From the NCBI GenBank assembly GCA_024405635.1, contig JAKSOL010000005.1, positions 68,938 to 132,937 on the forward strand: DNA of 64,000 bases, in the 5' to 3' direction. Under the pieces are notes generated by a model. It was given only the letters and a program-made list of their open reading frames with translations. It did not search any database and was not told the DNA's origin. Below, piece after piece: positions 60,817 through 64,000 of this stretch. Position 1 is the stretch's first letter, and each line of letters starts with the position of its first letter. The stretch comes from Salinivirgaceae bacterium (GTDB lineage: Bacteria; Bacteroidota; Bacteroidia; Bacteroidales; SZUA-534). Position numbers and translations under genes: made by a program.

Positions 60817-62238
60817 ATGCGCAAACTGCTGTTTTTAACAACCTTTCTATTTACTACGTGCTGGGCATCGGCACAAACCACCACTATTTTTGGAACCGAC
60901 CGCACTTATGCTAAGCAAACCATTCGCGCGGTTGACTACAACGATTTTATTTCAAAACGACTCGTTGTTATAGGCGAAACGGTTGTTGATAGTCTTGGCA
61001 ACTTTGAACTAAACTTGCCTATTGAAAGTCCTCGACTCATCAAACTTGAACTTGGAGCCATTTTAGGCGACATTTTTGTCGATACAGCTCAACGCTACAA
61101 CGTAGTGTTACCTCCCTTTAAGCCCAAAACCAAAGGCAATATGCTCAACCCATTTTTTGAGCCCGAAGAACTGCTTATCGGTGTAAAAGGCGAAAGCATA
61201 AACCAACAAATAGACTTGTTTGAGTACGAGTTTCAAGACCTTATTGACCGCCATTACGCAAAATTTACACGCTACCCAAACAAGCACGAGGTTGATAGCA
61301 TTATTGACGACCTTGAAATGCACTTTGATAGCATTCCAAACCACTACTTTGCAACATACCGCAACTACAAATACGCATGGCTTCAATTTATGAGTTATGC
61401 TCGCGACTGGCGTTTCATATCGCGCGACTATTTCGATAACAAACCTGTTGAAATTCATAACGAAGCTTATCTTGACCTTTTTGGCCAGTTATTTTCAAAC
61501 TTCATTAGTTTTTACGGAAGCACACGCGAGGGCGAACGTCTCTACAGCGACATTATGTTCTCAAAAAGTCCAACCATGGCCAAACAAACACTATCAAATA
61601 GCCTTGCTCTTTCAAACGATACACTGCAAGAAATGGTGCTGCTAAAAGGCATAAACGATGCTTTTTATGGCCGCATATACAACGAGAGCAGTTTGCTTAT
61701 TATGCTCGACTCGATTAACTTGACTTCGAAAATTGAACTACATAGGCAAATTGCAAAAAACATAACCGACCGAATGATGCAAATACGGGTAGGCAGTCCT
61801 GCTCCCGAGTTAAATTTGAGCGACACTGCAGGTAACATTCACAAGATTTGCGAGTTTGCTGGCAGTTATGTTTACCTCAACTTTATATCAACCACCAGTT
61901 ATCCTTGTGTGCAAAGCCTTGAACAAATGAAAAAAATGAACGAGAGCACACAACAGGTTCTTAAAATTGTATCGGTATGTATCGACGACATGGACAAAGC
62001 AAAAAAATACTTCAAAAAGAACAACTACGATTGGCTACTACTCAACTACAAAGACAATCCATCGGTGATTGAAAAATACAGAGTGCAAGCCTACCCCGCT
62101 TTTTACCTAATTGGCCCCGATGGCAAGTTTGCAATTTCGCCAGCTGCATCGCCTGCCGAAAATTTTGAAGATCGTTTTAGAAAATATTACAAAAGTCGCA
62201 TGCAGCGTCAACAACTGCAAAACACACCAAATCAATGA
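60817..62238 (+). CDS. Exported TlpA/redoxin-like protein with a degenerate active site (SxxC)
   Basis: Signal peptide ASA-Q; C-terminal GSPAPELNL...[14 protein letters not shown]...[16 protein letters not shown] thioredoxin fold. Confidence 0.75.
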   Translation: MRKLLFLTTFLFTTCWASAQTTTIFGTDRTYAKQTIRAVDYNDFISKRLVVIGETVVDSLGNFELNLPIESPRLIKLELGAILGDIFVDTAQRYNVVLPPFKPKTKGNMLNPFFEPEELLIGVKGESINQQIDLFEYEFQDLIDRHYAKFTRYPNKHEVDSIIDDLEMHFDSIPNHYFATYRNYKYAWLQFMSYARDWRFISRDYFDNKPVEIHNEAYLDLFGQLFSNFISFYGSTREGERLYSDIMFSKSPTMAKQTLSNSLALSNDTLQEMVLLKGINDAFYGRIYNESSLLIMLDSINLTSKIELHRQIAKNITDRMMQIRVGSPAPELNLSDTAGNIHKICEFAGSYVYLNFISTTSYPCVQSLEQMKKMNESTQQVLKIVSVCIDDMDKAKKYFKKNNYDWLLLNYKDNPSVIEKYRVQAYPAFYLIGPDGKFAISPAASPAENFEDRFRKYYKSRMQRQQLQNTPNQ

Positions 62239-63080
62239 AATATATAGGAGCCCACGTAAGCACACAAGGTGGAGTTGAAAACGCGCCCATTAACGCCCAC
62301 AACATTGGAGCCACCGCATTTGCTCTATTTACAAAAAACCAACGTCAATGGGTTGCAAAACCTCTTGAACCTCAAAGTATCGAAAAATTTAAGCAAAATT
62401 GTGCCGACTTAGGCTACACAGCGCAGCAAATTTTACCTCACGACAGTTACTTGATAAACCTTGGCAACCCCGATGCCGAAGGCTTACAAAAATCGCGAAC
62501 TGCATTTATTGACGAGATGCAACGCTGCCAACAATTAGGCCTCGATAGACTTAACTTTCACCCCGGCAGCCACCTTAAACTAATTTCGGAAGACGAATGC
62601 CTACGCCTTATTGCCGAATCGATAAACATTGCGCTCGACAAAACCGAAGGAGTTACTGCTGTTATTGAAAACACCGCAGGACAAGGCTCAAACCTTGGTT
62701 TTACGTTTGAACAAATTGCCGCCATTATAAACCAAGTTAACGACAAAAATCGAGTTGGCGTATGTATTGACACTTGCCACGCCTACGCTGCAGGTTACGA
62801 AATAAAAACAGCCGAAGGGTTTGCTCGCACTTGGCAAAAATTTGACCAAATAATTGGGTTTAAATACCTACGCGGCATGCACCTCAACGACACTGTAAAA
62901 GGCCACGCAAGCCACGTTGACCGCCATGCTCCTTTGGGCGAAGGCTTTTTAGGCGAGGGTACTTTTAAAATGATTATGCAAGATTCACGCTTTAATAACA
63001 TTCCTCTAATTCTTGAAACTCCAAACGAAGAAAAATGGGCTCAAGAAATTTGTAACCTTATTAACTGGCAATCAGTATAA
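62235..63080 (+). CDS. nfo: Endonuclease IV
   Basis: [37 protein letters not shown] and LETP. Confidence 0.96.
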   Translation: MKYIGAHVSTQGGVENAPINAHNIGATAFALFTKNQRQWVAKPLEPQSIEKFKQNCADLGYTAQQILPHDSYLINLGNPDAEGLQKSRTAFIDEMQRCQQLGLDRLNFHPGSHLKLISEDECLRLIAESINIALDKTEGVTAVIENTAGQGSNLGFTFEQIAAIINQVNDKNRVGVCIDTCHAYAAGYEIKTAEGFARTWQKFDQIIGFKYLRGMHLNDTVKGHASHVDRHAPLGEGFLGEGTFKMIMQDSRFNNIPLILETPNEEKWAQEICNLINWQSV

Positions 63081-63101
63081 GGGGGCACAAAAAATAGAAA
63101 A

Positions 63102-63818
63102 ATGGGAAAGTTAGTTATAGTTTGCAATGGAGAGTCGGTGTGGGACTCTCGCAACTTACTTACAGGTTGGGTTGACGTAGCCCTCACAGGACGAGGCATT
63201 CAAGAAGCTGCATTTGCATCACGCATTATTGGTCCCATAGCCTACGATGCTGTTTACACATCAAACCTTGTACGCACCATTCAAACATCGTTGGTTTTGA
63301 TGCTTAACAATCAAGATATCGTTACTCCAATAATTGAATCACATGGCTTTTTGTCTGGCAAACGCTCAATTATCCACAACGATTCCATTAGACTCAGCAC
63401 TGTAAAAATTAAGCAAACTTGGCGACTAAACGAACGTTTCTTTGGCAAGATGCAAGGCTACAGCATCGACCAAATTGTTGCACAATACGGCATCGACAAT
63501 TTGAACAAATGGCGATATTCATACTACGAGCGCCCACCTCGTGGCGAAAGTCTTGTTGACGTTGAACGCCGCGTAAGACCATTTTTACGCCGCAAGATAT
63601 TGAGCAAAATGCACCTAGGCAAAAATGTTTTGGTAGTTAGCCATAATAGCACGGTCCGCGCCATGATTCGCATCATTGAGAACCTTTCGCCTGAAGAGGC
63701 TATGAAACTTGACATACGCACCTCAAAACCATTTATTTACGAATTTAGTTCAGGCAAACCTATTCGCCTGCCATTGCCAAAAATTGAAGAACGAGCAATG
63801 GGAATGCCAGGCAGATAA
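63102..63818 (+). CDS. GpmA-like histidine phosphatase superfamily protein lacking the RHG motif
   Basis: TGWVDV.LT..G, YTS.L.R, LNER.FG..QG and PP.GESL are all dPGM-like, but the N-terminal motif reads VCNGES. Confidence 0.8.
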   Translation: MGKLVIVCNGESVWDSRNLLTGWVDVALTGRGIQEAAFASRIIGPIAYDAVYTSNLVRTIQTSLVLMLNNQDIVTPIIESHGFLSGKRSIIHNDSIRLSTVKIKQTWRLNERFFGKMQGYSIDQIVAQYGIDNLNKWRYSYYERPPRGESLVDVERRVRPFLRRKILSKMHLGKNVLVVSHNSTVRAMIRIIENLSPEEAMKLDIRTSKPFIYEFSSGKPIRLPLPKIEERAMGMPGR

Positions 63819-63842
63819 CTATTGAACTTATATTTCATAAAT

Positions 63843-63883
63843 AAACAGCCAGCAATTGAAAAATATCAGTTGTTGGCTGTTTT
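63843..63883 (+). terminator. Terminator of the pssA-coaD-nfo-gpmA-like operon
   Basis: AAACAGCCAGCAATTGA...TCAGTTGTTGGCTGTTT hairpin plus T-tract. Confidence 0.75.
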
Positions 63884-64000
63884 GTTAAGTTTTATTCAAA
63901 TATGGAATTGTTTAAACCAATATCGGTTTGCTAAAAATGCACAACCTATTAACGCGAGTTCGATATAAGCAAATAAGCAAATCAGTAAAATAGAACAAGT

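Noticed and set aside
1-64000. CRISPR arrays, tRNA/rRNA genes, transposases, integrases, invertible promoters, defence systems
   Set aside because: No repeat-spacer arrays, cloverleafs, recombinase motifs or promoter-flanking inverted repeats were seen on manual reading; dedicated scans were not possible

Overview
Chromosomal window from a Bacteroidales-type bacterium, judged from TAnnTTTG -7 promoter elements, T9SS C-terminal domains and Gln after predicted signal peptides. It is mostly core and housekeeping DNA: carAB, rpmH, pdxK, glnS, rnpB, rnhB, pheA, pssA-coaD-nfo, an L-arabinose operon (araM-araA-araP-araD-araB) and an ECF sigma/anti-sigma/DUF4097-like operon. It also encodes two large T9SS cargo proteins, a 3795-aa repetitive surface protein and a C25 peptidase. 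I saw no mobile element, CRISPR array, tRNA or rRNA. Several signals are absent from the ORF track: a Phe-rich leader peptide with a complete attenuator before pheA, an AraR-like operator beside the ara promoter with no araR in the operon, an autoregulatory ECF promoter, and face-to-face promoters between the C25 peptidase and pssA. Three proteins have lost catalytic residues (a hybrid histidine kinase, a GpmA-like protein and a TlpA-like protein). A small membrane domain fused to a GNAT sits next to a YeiH transporter. I cannot show from sequence alone that any of these is a new system. All family calls come from motif recognition, not database searches.
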